Below are positions 38,739-48,687 of a DNA stretch of 64,000 nt, piece after piece. Made by a program: the position numbers and the translations under genes. This DNA is from Candidatus Ozemobacteraceae bacterium. Its GTDB lineage: Bacteria > Muiribacteriota > Ozemobacteria > Ozemobacterales > Ozemobacteraceae. Numbering within the stretch: position 1 is the stretch's first letter; each line of letters begins with the position of its first letter. The stretch is taken from positions 96,001 through 160,000 of the forward strand of contig OZ223236.1 in NCBI GenBank assembly GCA_965140445.1, in the 5' to 3' direction. Below the pieces are notes generated by a model. It worked only from the letters and a program-made list of their open reading frames with translations. It made no database searches and had not been told where the DNA came from.

Positions 38739-39721
38739 GCAATAAATGCCCCGACAAAAATATTCTTCAGGAATTTCTGGATAATCCAAAATCCAGCGAA
38801 ATTTCAGCTGAATTAAGAAAACACATTGAATCATGCCCTAATTGCAAAGCTGAATTGACCGCTTTTTCAGCACTTTTTTCTAATTTAAATAGAATTTCTA
38901 CGACTCCCTGCCAAACAGATATTTCTTCCAGGGTTTCTTCGGTTATGGCGGCTATTAATTTGTCACCGCAAAGAATTTCATCTTCTGAAAAAGGTTCAAC
39001 AATTTCAAACCTGTTAAAGAATTTCAATTTTAAATTTGCTTTTGCCGGGCTTACAGTAATTTTATTGCTTTTTATCGCATCCTTTTATGCAAATAAAACA
39101 AACCTTCAGCAAAATACCAAACACAGGGTTACAAGCTCTTTCAATCTAGAAAAAAATAAGGTAACTCCACTGATTTCTTCAGATGAATCGTTCATCGAAT
39201 CAGCTGGACAAAAACTTGCATTGACTTCTATTAACCAGATTGAGCTAAAAAAAGAATATAAGCTTTCTAACGGCCTTTCACTGGCAATAAGATCAGGGGA
39301 AAATCGATTTAAACTAAAATCTGCCGCTAGATTCAGTTTTTCAAACTCAACCATTCAACTTGACGAAGGTGATCTACTCTGCGAAATGAATGGCCCTCAC
39401 GATGGCTTTATGGTAATTACTCCTTTTGCCAGCGTCTCTACTTTGGGAACGGATTTTGAAGTTTCAATAAAAGACTGGGGCCTTAAAGTTAAGTTAAATT
39501 CCGGAAAAATATTGCTTAAAACAAAAGCCGGGATGGAAAGAAAGCTTTTAAAACCAGAAACCATTTATATTTCAACTCAGGGAAGTTTTTCTACCAGTAT
39601 TCCACAACCAGAAACGGGGCTTCCTGCCAACAATTTGCCTGATAGGAGCACCAACCCTATCAGACCTGAAAAAAACAATTCAGAGGGCACTGAACCAAAA
39701 AGCCTTGAGGAATCTTTTTGA
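38735..39721 (+). CDS. membrane anti-sigma factor (ZAS + TM + FecR-like domain)
   Basis: HIESCPNC zinc motif, TM helix, VITPFASVSTLGTDFEV; ATGA overlap with sigma. Confidence 0.88.
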   Translation: MSNKCPDKNILQEFLDNPKSSEISAELRKHIESCPNCKAELTAFSALFSNLNRISTTPCQTDISSRVSSVMAAINLSPQRISSSEKGSTISNLLKNFNFKFAFAGLTVILLLFIASFYANKTNLQQNTKHRVTSSFNLEKNKVTPLISSDESFIESAGQKLALTSINQIELKKEYKLSNGLSLAIRSGENRFKLKSAARFSFSNSTIQLDEGDLLCEMNGPHDGFMVITPFASVSTLGTDFEVSIKDWGLKVKLNSGKILLKTKAGMERKLLKPETIYISTQGSFSTSIPQPETGLPANNLPDRSTNPIRPEKNNSEGTEPKSLEESF

Positions 39722-39775
39722 TTATAAATTCTATTCGAATTTTTTCCAGGTATGTGTCTTTAAACCTTTTTAAGC

Positions 39776-40558
39776 TTAGAGTAAAAAAATTTCGTTAAAA
39801 AAGGCTTTCATTGCCTCCCATGATCTGCTTGCTGCTTTTTCGTTGTAAGCTGCACCACGAGAATTGTCTGTTCCGGCTCCCTTGTTTGTAAAGCTGTGCA
39901 CAGCATTTCCATATTGAACTAATTGCCAATCAACCTTAGTTGCTCGCATCTCCGAGATAAAATCCAGTCTTTCTTTTTCTGAAACGTGCGGGTCATCAGC
40001 CCCATGCAAAACCAGAACCTTACACTTTATATTTTTTGCTTCTTCTGCATTAGAACTATCTAATCCGCCATGAAAACTGACAACTCCGTCGAGTTTATAT
40101 CCACTTCTAGCTAGCTCTAATACTGTTGTTCCACCAAAACAATACCCAATGGCACCTATTTTAGAGGAATCTACAAGCGGTTGCTTTTTGAGCTGCTCCA
40201 AACCAGCAAGCACTTTTGACCGCAAGAGCTGTCGATCTTTCTTATAGCTACCTGCCACTTTAGCCGCTTCCTGATTAGATGATGGGCGAACACCTTTGCC
40301 ATATATATCTGCTGCAAAAGCTATATAACCTAGCTTTGCAAGCTCACGACCACTTTGCATAACATGATCGCCGATTCCTTTCCATTCGTGAACAATTAAA
40401 ATTCCAGAGCGAAGCTTTGTGTTTGTGTCATCGAAAAAAACAAAACCTTGATGAACAATTCCATCAATTTTATATTCAACTTCTTTTTCCAGAATTGCTG
40501 CTCCTAATGGGCTCAATAAAACAAGAAGCAGAACTAGAGTAAGCATGTAATTTTTCAT
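39776..40558 (-). CDS. exported dienelactone hydrolase family protein
   Basis: HEWKG, GYCFGG, HGADDP, HSF. Confidence 0.92.
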   Translation of the reverse strand: MKNYMLTLVLLLVLLSPLGAAILEKEVEYKIDGIVHQGFVFFDDTNTKLRSGILIVHEWKGIGDHVMQSGRELAKLGYIAFAADIYGKGVRPSSNQEAAKVAGSYKKDRQLLRSKVLAGLEQLKKQPLVDSSKIGAIGYCFGGTTVLELARSGYKLDGVVSFHGGLDSSNAEEAKNIKCKVLVLHGADDPHVSEKERLDFISEMRATKVDWQLVQYGNAVHSFTNKGAGTDNSRGAAYNEKAASRSWEAMKAFFNEIFLL

Positions 40559-40652
40559 GGTTTGTCCTCCACAAATCGATCTTTTATATTTTAAAAAGAT
40601 ACTTGATCATTTTAAGAATGCAAGGACATGAAAACTTATTATGGTGCAGTTA

Positions 40653-41717
40653 TTAAAGCCAATTCCTGCGTCTGAAAAACTTAAGCATGCCAAGAGTTAC
40701 TAAAATAAAAACTCCCCACATTATAAAATAACTGTATTGATATTTTAGCTCTGGAACATACTCAAAGTTAGTTCCATAAATCCCGGCAATAAAAGTTAAT
40801 GGAATAAAAATGGCTGAAAAAATTGTAAGAACTTTCATTATTTCGTTGAGACGGTTTCCGACTCCTGTGTTATAGATGTTCAGATGGTCAGACAGCATTT
40901 CTCTATAGGTATCGATTGAATCAATCGCCTGGCTGGCAAGATCCAGGAGGTCCTTTAGAAATGGTACAGTTTCTTCGTGAATCAGGTCTGAATCAATTCT
41001 TGAAAGCTGAAGCATAAACTCTCTGGCAGGGCGAACAGTTTTGCGTAGATAATTCATTTCGCGCTTGTAATTGTTTATTTTTGTGAGAACATCCTGAGTT
41101 GGGTTTTCCAGTATCTCATTTTCAATATCCTCAATCTGCTCGCCGAGCCTTTCAATTATGAGGATATAATTGTCCACAATAGTGTCTAGGAGTGCATAGG
41201 CCAGGTAATCAATGCCAACTTTGCGAATTCTTCCCTTTTGCTTTCTAATTCGTTCTCTAACAGGCTCAAAAACATCACCTGGCCGTTCCTGGAAGGTAAT
41301 AATGAATGATTTCCCCATAATCATGCTTAACTGCTCACTACGAATCTCCCCGACAGATTCATCGTAGTGCATCATTTTTAGAACAAAAAACAAGTAGTCG
41401 TCATGCTCTTCCATTTTTGGTCTTTGCCCGGTGTTCACAATATCTTCCATTACCAGCGCGTGAAGTCCAAAACCTTCTCCAATCCGCCTTATCAAATCCG
41501 TATCGTGCAGTCCGTTAATATTTAACCAGGTAACTGTATCAGTTTCTTTGTAATCAAGACTTTGCTTTATATCTTTTAGCTCTTGCTCATTCAATGTTTC
41601 ATGGTCATAGTCAATTACGCGAACCGTCGCCTCATCAACCTTCTTTTCGCCAATAAAAACAAGTTCACCTGGAACCTGCCCAATTGCTGCCTGCTTGTTT
41701 TTGAGAAACCTTGCCAT
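40653..41717 (-). CDS. corA: CorA family Mg/Co transporter
   Basis: EDIVNTGQRPK, NEIMKVLT..IPLTFIAGIYGTNF..PEL; start at ATG 41717 after AGGAGG. Confidence 0.93.
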   Translation of the reverse strand: MARFLKNKQAAIGQVPGELVFIGEKKVDEATVRVIDYDHETLNEQELKDIKQSLDYKETDTVTWLNINGLHDTDLIRRIGEGFGLHALVMEDIVNTGQRPKMEEHDDYLFFVLKMMHYDESVGEIRSEQLSMIMGKSFIITFQERPGDVFEPVRERIRKQKGRIRKVGIDYLAYALLDTIVDNYILIIERLGEQIEDIENEILENPTQDVLTKINNYKREMNYLRKTVRPAREFMLQLSRIDSDLIHEETVPFLKDLLDLASQAIDSIDTYREMLSDHLNIYNTGVGNRLNEIMKVLTIFSAIFIPLTFIAGIYGTNFEYVPELKYQYSYFIMWGVFILVTLGMLKFFRRRNWL

Positions 41718-41904
41718 GAAAATCCTCCTGCTCAAAATCCTTATCACACATGCTCATTGTGCTTCTGTGAATGAAAAAACTCAACCTCTATAAATCTGGG
41801 TTTTAAATTACCCTGATTCGCTTTATTTTTCTGCCACCTGGAGTCTGGCGAAAAAGCACTAATTTAGGTATAATCAGTACATTAACTAACATTTTGGAGT
41901 TTAA

Positions 41905-43071
41905 ATGTTGAAAACAAAATCAGCTTTGTTGCTAATTGTATTCTCTATATTATGCGTTAGCACTACGCTTGCATCGTCGTTAGGCGATTTAATGAATAGT
42001 GCTTCTAAAGATTTTAAATCTTCCTTTGGGCAGATGGAAAAGGTTTTCCCAGAAAAATATGATGAAATTCTTTCAAGACTTTATCGCCCGGAAGACCGCA
42101 TAGTCTATATTTTCAGAGAAATGACTGTGGCACAATTTAATCAAAGCCAGAAAAAAGAAACCATGCTTAATGGCTATCTAAAGAAAGCTTTGAATAGATA
42201 TTGGCTCCTTGAAAGCAACGAATTTAAGAAAGTGTTCCTCGCAGACTCTGCCTATTACCAGAAGCGAGCCAAAAAATATCTGGCCAAGCTGCCAAGTAAC
42301 TATGATCAAGCAGCTTTTTACTTCCTTTTTGATTCACTTTCAAAAGACATACCTTCATTAGCTCCTTTTACCAAATCTTCTGCTAATGCCCTGGATTGCC
42401 TGAAAGACATCAAACATCAGCAGGCCTACGCCCTCGCAATCGAAAATAGTAAGGATTTTTACAGAAAAATCCCCCTTATCTTCAAAAAAATTCAAAAAAT
42501 TGAGGATAAAATTGACGCTTTTATAGAAAAGCTTCAGCAAAAGTTCCTACTGGAAAAAATGATCCTGGCCTGCGATCATCTCATTCCCCAAAAAGACGGC
42601 AAAATGAAAAGCATTCTTACAAATTTAAAAAGCAGACTTGGCAAAAGGCTTTTAGACAAAATTATCTCCAACCTGGAGGTTCAACTTGAAACAGGCCTTG
42701 AGAGCGATGCTGTGACTGGGATAATGAAATCATCCATGGGTGTCATGGTTTCTCAAACCCTCTACCAAGGTAGAATTAGAACCTTTATTAAAGAATTGCA
42801 GAAAGCAGAAAATATCAAGCAGCTCAATTGCTACCTTGAGATAATGAGTAAAGTTAAAAACAGTTTTGGAGCACTCAAAAGCAAGATTAGTGATCCACGA
42901 TCAAAAGAGACTCTCGATAAGATGAGCAAAAACTTTGAGAATATCAGCGTGATCATGAAATTGAAGCTGAGAAACCAGAACCAGGAAAGCAACGAATTCA
43001 AATCAATAACCAGCCAATTCGAGCAAATGATCAATACAGATGAATCAAATTGCCTTATTGAAAGCGAGTAA
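41905..43071 (+). CDS. exported helical hypothetical protein
   Basis: GGAG RBS, signal peptide. Confidence 0.8.
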   Translation: MLKTKSALLLIVFSILCVSTTLASSLGDLMNSASKDFKSSFGQMEKVFPEKYDEILSRLYRPEDRIVYIFREMTVAQFNQSQKKETMLNGYLKKALNRYWLLESNEFKKVFLADSAYYQKRAKKYLAKLPSNYDQAAFYFLFDSLSKDIPSLAPFTKSSANALDCLKDIKHQQAYALAIENSKDFYRKIPLIFKKIQKIEDKIDAFIEKLQQKFLLEKMILACDHLIPQKDGKMKSILTNLKSRLGKRLLDKIISNLEVQLETGLESDAVTGIMKSSMGVMVSQTLYQGRIRTFIKELQKAENIKQLNCYLEIMSKVKNSFGALKSKISDPRSKETLDKMSKNFENISVIMKLKLRNQNQESNEFKSITSQFEQMINTDESNCLIESE

Positions 43072-43127
43072 AAACATTATTTGAGCCTTTTATAAAATAG
43101 CTTCCAAAATGTAAAAAAGTTAAAAAC

Positions 43128-43161
43128 AAAAAAGCCACAGGACAAAGCCTGTGGCTTTTTT
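43128..43161. terminator. bidirectional intrinsic terminator
   Basis: AAAAAAGCCACAGG/CCTGTGGCTTTTTT between convergent genes. Confidence 0.88.
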
Positions 43162-43171
43162 GCAGTCTATT

Positions 43172-43483
43172 TTAATTCGCGTCTATGATTTCAAGAACCT
43201 TTTCATTGAAGTTTTTATAATCTTCGATCATCTTTTCTACGTGTAATCGCCCCTTATCAGTAGCCCGATAATATTTTCGGGCTGGCCCTTCATCAGATTC
43301 CTTTATGTAATTTACAAAGTATTCTTCTTTCTTTAACCTTGCTAACAAAGGATAAACAGTACCTTTGGAAATATCCATTTTCTGAGACACTGCCTGAATA
43401 ATTTCATATCCGTAGCAGTCCTTCTGAGTAATCAAAGCAAGAATGCACATCTCAAGTACACCTTTTCGGAATTGACTATTCAT
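43172..43483 (-). CDS. PadR family regulator
   Basis: QFRKGVLEMCIL, YGYEI, GTVYPLLARL, GPARKYY. Confidence 0.93.
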   Translation of the reverse strand: MNSQFRKGVLEMCILALITQKDCYGYEIIQAVSQKMDISKGTVYPLLARLKKEEYFVNYIKESDEGPARKYYRATDKGRLHVEKMIEDYKNFNEKVLEIIDAN

Positions 43484-44621
43484 TCGCAGACTCCATCTTT
43501 TTAATTTTCAGGTCGCCTGAAACAGTCTTTCCCTCGATTTTAAACAGGCCCTCTCCTGAGCACTGACAATCGACTTTTACCGAACCAAATTTTCTTTTTA
43601 CAGAATCTTCCGGGAAAGAAAAGTCTGTTTTCATATCGCCAGAAACACTTTTAAACAGAACTTTTATAGCACTTTTTCCCTGGAGTTTTACATTTACATC
43701 CCCTGAAACAGTTTTAAATTTCAATTCTTCGGGCTGATTTAAAAAACAGGTTTTGATATCACCGCTGGTAGATTCAAATTTGATAACCGATATCTTAGTA
43801 TTTTGAGCTTTAAAATCACCAGAAACAGAGTTAAACACAAGATTGTGGCATGAAACTTCTTCAGATTTGCATCCGCCGGAGACTGTGCGCAAAATAAGAT
43901 CATTCTTAAGAAGAACATTTTTGTTTAAAATTTCTCCGCTGACGGACTTAAAGTTAAGTGAAGACAGATTCTCAGGCAATTCCAATAGATTTCCTGAAAT
44001 TGTTTCAACTCTTACATCGCCAGTAAAATTCTCTGGTACAAAAATTGTCATTAACCCATTTAAACTGGCACTTTTTTGATTTTGCCAGTTAATAAAGAAG
44101 CCAATAGTCTGGTTTTCCCCGTTGTATTTGTATTCCAATTTCAGGGGAAACTCTGGATTTGTTTTTGCAACGCCTTTTAATTCTGCTCTGAACATTTTTT
44201 CCTGAGTTCTGATAATCTTCACATCAGTGCTTTTGCAATATAGAACTTCAAGTTTTTCTGCAGTAGAGATTTCAGAATCTATAGCAAGATCAACATCCAT
44301 TTTTTCCCTGATAAAGGCACCGCTAAGGCCATCAAAATTGATATTTGAAGCAAAGTCCTCTAATTTTTTAAAAATTTTGGAGAATAGCTGTTTGCCTGAA
44401 CTTTTGGTTTCATTAGATTCAGCCCCCTTTTCACCCTGGAAATAATTCAAAGCAATCTCTTCAGGATTACCAAGTTCTTCTGCCGCCTGCTCTTCAGTTT
44501 TTCCTTCGGCCACCGCATTGGCAAAATACTCTTCGTAATCATAGATTACTTCTTTTTTTTCTTCCCAGTTCATGCCGCCAAGGGCCTTATCAAGTCTATT
44601 TAGAAATTCACTTTTGTTCAT
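43476..44621 (-). CDS. DUF1700 + DUF4097 (beta-solenoid) protein
   Basis: MNKSEFL..L..AL...DYEEYF...ELGNPEEIA; repeated (T/S)VSG(D/N/E). Confidence 0.85.
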   Translation of the reverse strand: MNKSEFLNRLDKALGGMNWEEKKEVIYDYEEYFANAVAEGKTEEQAAEELGNPEEIALNYFQGEKGAESNETKSSGKQLFSKIFKKLEDFASNINFDGLSGAFIREKMDVDLAIDSEISTAEKLEVLYCKSTDVKIIRTQEKMFRAELKGVAKTNPEFPLKLEYKYNGENQTIGFFINWQNQKSASLNGLMTIFVPENFTGDVRVETISGNLLELPENLSSLNFKSVSGEILNKNVLLKNDLILRTVSGGCKSEEVSCHNLVFNSVSGDFKAQNTKISVIKFESTSGDIKTCFLNQPEELKFKTVSGDVNVKLQGKSAIKVLFKSVSGDMKTDFSFPEDSVKRKFGSVKVDCQCSGEGLFKIEGKTVSGDLKIKKMESANE

Positions 44622-44651
44622 AACAACTCTCCCCAAAGTTTGATAAATTAT

Positions 44652-44696
44652 AAATATCACATACTAGTTTGTATTGCAAGCTAGTATGTGATATTT
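44652..44696. promoter_or_regulatory. 16-bp perfect inverted repeat, probable PadR operator
   Basis: AAATATCACATACTAG-N13-CTAGTATGTGATATTT, 30 nt upstream of the operon start. Confidence 0.65.
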
Positions 44697-44924
44697 GCAT
44701 AAATCGTTTTTTTCTCACCAGAACCCTTGTCTAGAAAAAGGCTTAACAGCCTTGAACAAGTCTTTTTTCTAAGCTATTGTTAGATAAATACAATCTGTTT
44801 TATCATTTTTTTTACTTTCTGGAATAACTACAGAAGATTATTCGGATTTGAGTATTCCACTGGCAAACGATTTATAATCAAAATGAAATGGAAAACGTAA
44901 AAAAGCATCTTGAGATATAGAAAT

Positions 44925-45404
44925 ATGGAACTAAACCAAAAAACCAGCTTTATTATAGAAAAATTAAAGAAATCCAACCTCTGGCAGCCAGTGGATGAAA
45001 AGCTTTTCCCATTATTAAATGAAATCAATGCTCTTTCAGGATTAACTACTGACGTCTCATGCGAAGGGCACGGAACAAGTTACCCATATATTTTTTTCAC
45101 AGTTGATGGAAGTGAAGCTTCATTTTTAAGCATTGGCATTCTTGTTCAGGCACTTAGACAATCTGGTTGGCTTGTTTCTGCAAGCAATGTTTCTTCAGCA
45201 ATGTATTTTGTTATTTCTCCCATAGAAGCCATCGCGAATTTGGAAAGTTCACAAAGTATGATTAAAATTCCAATTCCGGAAAGCCAAAGAGAAAAATGGC
45301 TCAACTTTGACTTCAGTTTATTGGCTAAAGCAATAAAAAAAGCCAGAAAGATGCCACAAATAACGTTAAGAAAACCACTTTTTAAGATGCCTGACAGTTG
45401 CTGA
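44925..45404 (+). CDS. hypothetical protein with TxxSCEGH motif
   Basis: VDEKLFPLLNEIN..GLTTDVSCEGH. Confidence 0.65.
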   Translation: MELNQKTSFIIEKLKKSNLWQPVDEKLFPLLNEINALSGLTTDVSCEGHGTSYPYIFFTVDGSEASFLSIGILVQALRQSGWLVSASNVSSAMYFVISPIEAIANLESSQSMIKIPIPESQREKWLNFDFSLLAKAIKKARKMPQITLRKPLFKMPDSC

Positions 45405-45583
45405 GGGATAATTAGCATCGGTATTTTCGGCTCTGCTCCCTGCGGGAGTTTCCATTGAATTTATTGCAGGTGATAATTATATAAACTGCTTAAAGCTTTC
45501 TTTCTTTGACCAGAAGGGCGAAAAAGTCTTTATTAATACTGGCTGGGGTTGGAGCTATGAGGCTTTGAGAGTTTGCGCAGATT

Positions 45584-46492
45584 TTATTGAGCAGCGCCAA
45601 CGGGACCCTTTCCAGAGAGAGGATTGAAGGAATTAAGATGCTTTTTTAGCAGCTCAGACGCAAAACTCTTTACACGTCTAAGTTCGTCTTTATCATAGCT
45701 AAATGCCAGTTTCTGACTTACCTGATCTGCAACTTCATGGAAAAAATCAAACATTTGCAGAAGTTTTTCTCCCATGTCTTTAAATTCGCCATTTGCATAT
45801 ACCGCAGCCAGCTTTTGCATGTGGGCTTCTGAGAGAAATCTCTTAAAATATTTGTCTGCTTTTCCGGTGGAAACTGAAAAATCAGTATCAACACCAACTT
45901 TCCAGCGAAGCATTTTCTTGAGCATATTCATTTGATATAGATCCATAAAGGTTTTTGCATAGCATAGCTCTTCTCTGCAAATGCCTTTTACCACATAAAG
46001 TGAAATCCACAAAAATTCGTTCACTGTGTCTCTAAATTCTTTTTCAGAAGGCTTTTTCACATTAAAGACATCTGTGCAGTAAACATCAACCAGAGCTTCA
46101 TTGTTGTCTTTGTTCAACAATACTCTTCTGTGCTCCTTTTCTGAGGAGAAGCTGGCTATATTTTTCTCATCAACAATGGTCAAATCAATTCTTACCCCGT
46201 CTGCAAACTGCATCAGATAAGCAAATGGTTCGTTTCCGTTGTAATCATACGGGCGATTGTACCAATCTTCGGGCATCTGCATGATAAGGATTTCGCCAAA
46301 ACATTTAGGCCAATCTTTCTCCGCTAGAAATGATTGAATATTTCTTACGACAAAAGCGATGTCATAATCACAAAATTCATCCTGCGTAGAATCAGGATTA
46401 GCTCTTGAACCATTTAAAACGACCGCTCTGATGCTCTCATCATGACCAGCTCTTTGGAGAATAAGTTCCATTATTTCGTTTTCATTTCTCAT
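45584..46492 (-). CDS. aminoglycoside 6-adenylyltransferase family (ANT(6)/AadE/AadK-like)
   Basis: MRNENEIM, LNGSRAN..DEFCDYDI, YLMQFADGVRIDLT, NEFLWISLYVVKG. Confidence 0.9.
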   Translation of the reverse strand: MRNENEIMELILQRAGHDESIRAVVLNGSRANPDSTQDEFCDYDIAFVVRNIQSFLAEKDWPKCFGEILIMQMPEDWYNRPYDYNGNEPFAYLMQFADGVRIDLTIVDEKNIASFSSEKEHRRVLLNKDNNEALVDVYCTDVFNVKKPSEKEFRDTVNEFLWISLYVVKGICREELCYAKTFMDLYQMNMLKKMLRWKVGVDTDFSVSTGKADKYFKRFLSEAHMQKLAAVYANGEFKDMGEKLLQMFDFFHEVADQVSQKLAFSYDKDELRRVKSFASELLKKHLNSFNPLSGKGPVGAAQ

Positions 46493-46508
46493 ATTGCCAG
46501 CCCCGTCA

Positions 46509-47321
46509 TTATTTCCGTGTTTGATTACTTTTTGGACTTTCCAGTTGCTGTAGTTCTTTTGCGGAAGACATCATATTTGCGATAGTTTCATCTGCATCTT
46601 TTCTCTCTTTTTGCGCCATACCTGGTAAGAGAATTCCAAAACAAAAAGCCCACACAAAAAAAGGAACAATCATTCCCCCCATTGCAGCAACATTTAGCAG
46701 GGTTAACATTGCCGTAAGCAGACCGAGGATTCCTCCACCCGCTCCATAGATCTTTGATCTTTTAACTCGCTCTTCTATTGGGGAATAATCTGCTTTCCAA
46801 AAGATTGTCAGCCCTTCCTGCGCCTTCTCAAATGTAATTCTGAGAGAGGATACTTTTGAGCCAAGATTACCGCTTGAGAAATGAAGCAATATCTCTTTTT
46901 CAGATACGGTTTCAAGCTTTGTTCCAGTTGGAGACTGACCCAACACCCAGGTAACCACCTTTTGCTTTATTTCATTGAAATCACCAGTGAGAGTAATGGC
47001 TTTCCGCTTTAACTTTAGCTCGTCCATCGCCCGTTGCAGAATGTCCTGCGGCAATCCTAATCGCTCCCCAGTTTTTGCCAGATCCTCGAACGAAAAAGAC
47101 TGTTCATTTTCGGCAGTAGCCCTTCTGGCCAATTCCATTTCTGTGGCTCTCTTTATGATCTCAGAAAATTCTGCCTGACTGTAATTCACAGATCGATCAG
47201 ACGTTCTATCAAACTGCGTTACTTCTTCAATCTCATCATTGGTGGAAAAATTATCCCAATCGTCGTTTTCAGTCTGCTCACCTGAATTTTGAGGTCTATG
47301 TTTTTCAAGTTCCATTACCAC
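46509..47321 (-). CDS. membrane protein (2 C-terminal TM)
   Basis: YSQAEFSEIIKRA...EDLAKTGERLGL helical N-domain and a TM pair. Confidence 0.75.
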   Translation of the reverse strand: MVMELEKHRPQNSGEQTENDDWDNFSTNDEIEEVTQFDRTSDRSVNYSQAEFSEIIKRATEMELARRATAENEQSFSFEDLAKTGERLGLPQDILQRAMDELKLKRKAITLTGDFNEIKQKVVTWVLGQSPTGTKLETVSEKEILLHFSSGNLGSKVSSLRITFEKAQEGLTIFWKADYSPIEERVKRSKIYGAGGGILGLLTAMLTLLNVAAMGGMIVPFFVWAFCFGILLPGMAQKERKDADETIANMMSSAKELQQLESPKSNQTRK

Positions 47322-47375
47322 TCCCTAATCCTATAAAAGCCATGTACAACAAAAAACTAAATCCCATATTTATCA

Positions 47376-48557
47376 CTACTCTTGCTTAACTGAAAAAACT
47401 GGAAGAGAAAACTCAGCATAATAGTTTATCAAAGGTTGCTCGGCTTCTATTATCAGCTTCCAAGATATCGTTGAATTTTCTTCTAAATGATTATCTGATG
47501 AAAATTCTTCTGGGATAATCATTTCTATTGAAACCGATTTATTTTTACTTACCCCGCCCTCTTGTTGTGCTGACAGAACAAACTTTTTAGCAAACAGCTT
47601 CTCTATTTTATTTTCAGAAGAATCGAATGATTTTTTTTCACAAAGAATTTCACAATTTACGGTCGGTGTAGATAACTCTTCAGGCAGAAAAGCCTTCAGA
47701 AGGACCTTTTGTCCAGGGCATATTGGCACCGTTGGCAATTTCAGATGTATTTTTCGAGATTTAAAAAGTTGAAGATGTTTTCTGGCTGTTTTCAAAAGAA
47801 TCAACAATCCCGCAATCAGAGAAGCCATAGTAAAAATCCACATAAGGAATGGGATATTTACATTCAGAAATTTTAAAACAAGCGTAAACACTACAAAGAT
47901 TAAAAAAATTGAGCCAAGCAACCAATCTAAAACAATTAATGCATTTGGATTCGGATTTAATTGATTTCCTTTTAAATCAGGAAATGCCAGCCAGGGTTTA
48001 TTGGGATTTTCTGAAAGCAGTTTTAACTGATTTTGGCTATCTTTGGAAACATTGCGCATCACAAGAGTTGTCACCAACCCTCCTAATGAAAAAATAACGC
48101 CAAAAAAAACGGGAAAACACATTCCAAGATTGATAGCTCTAAAAATAAAAGCTTCAGACTTATCTTTTGGATTAACAAAGATTTGAAGCGGAGAATTATT
48201 GTCCTTTGATTTTTTAAGCTTTAAAAACAGGCTGTTTTTTTCTTCAAAATCGAAAGAATCCTCATCTTCAAAAAATATTTTACTCCCTATGAAATCTTCA
48301 TTTTGCAAACTATAGCTGTATTTACAATCAATTCCATAGATTTTGCGCCCCTTATTGTCCTTCCACTCAGTCATTTCTACGGATTGAATTTTTGCTGGAA
48401 CTCTAAGCCAATCAGAAGATTCATTGTATTTACAAATCTTTTTTGTACTCCAAAATAAAGTAAAAATTCCCGCCACGAAAAAGATTACTGCTAATGATTT
48501 GATTAGCGAACCTTTAATTTGCTTTCCAAGTAAATCATTTGAGTTTATCTGGCTCAT
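47376..48557 (-). CDS. DUF3592-like membrane protein
   Basis: TM-W.RVPAKI..YSY..VNP-TM pattern plus two more TM. Confidence 0.75.
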   Translation of the reverse strand: MSQINSNDLLGKQIKGSLIKSLAVIFFVAGIFTLFWSTKKICKYNESSDWLRVPAKIQSVEMTEWKDNKGRKIYGIDCKYSYSLQNEDFIGSKIFFEDEDSFDFEEKNSLFLKLKKSKDNNSPLQIFVNPKDKSEAFIFRAINLGMCFPVFFGVIFSLGGLVTTLVMRNVSKDSQNQLKLLSENPNKPWLAFPDLKGNQLNPNPNALIVLDWLLGSIFLIFVVFTLVLKFLNVNIPFLMWIFTMASLIAGLLILLKTARKHLQLFKSRKIHLKLPTVPICPGQKVLLKAFLPEELSTPTVNCEILCEKKSFDSSENKIEKLFAKKFVLSAQQEGGVSKNKSVSIEMIIPEEFSSDNHLEENSTISWKLIIEAEQPLINYYAEFSLPVFSVKQE

Positions 48558-48687
48558 ATTTTCCCTTTACCAAGATTGTATTGTTTAATTTTACACATAA
48601 AATTTGTTAATTTGAAATCCTGAAATATGGGAGTTAGTTGCGAATTATTGATAAATTCTTCATTAAATTCTGCGTAAATTGGCCTAT

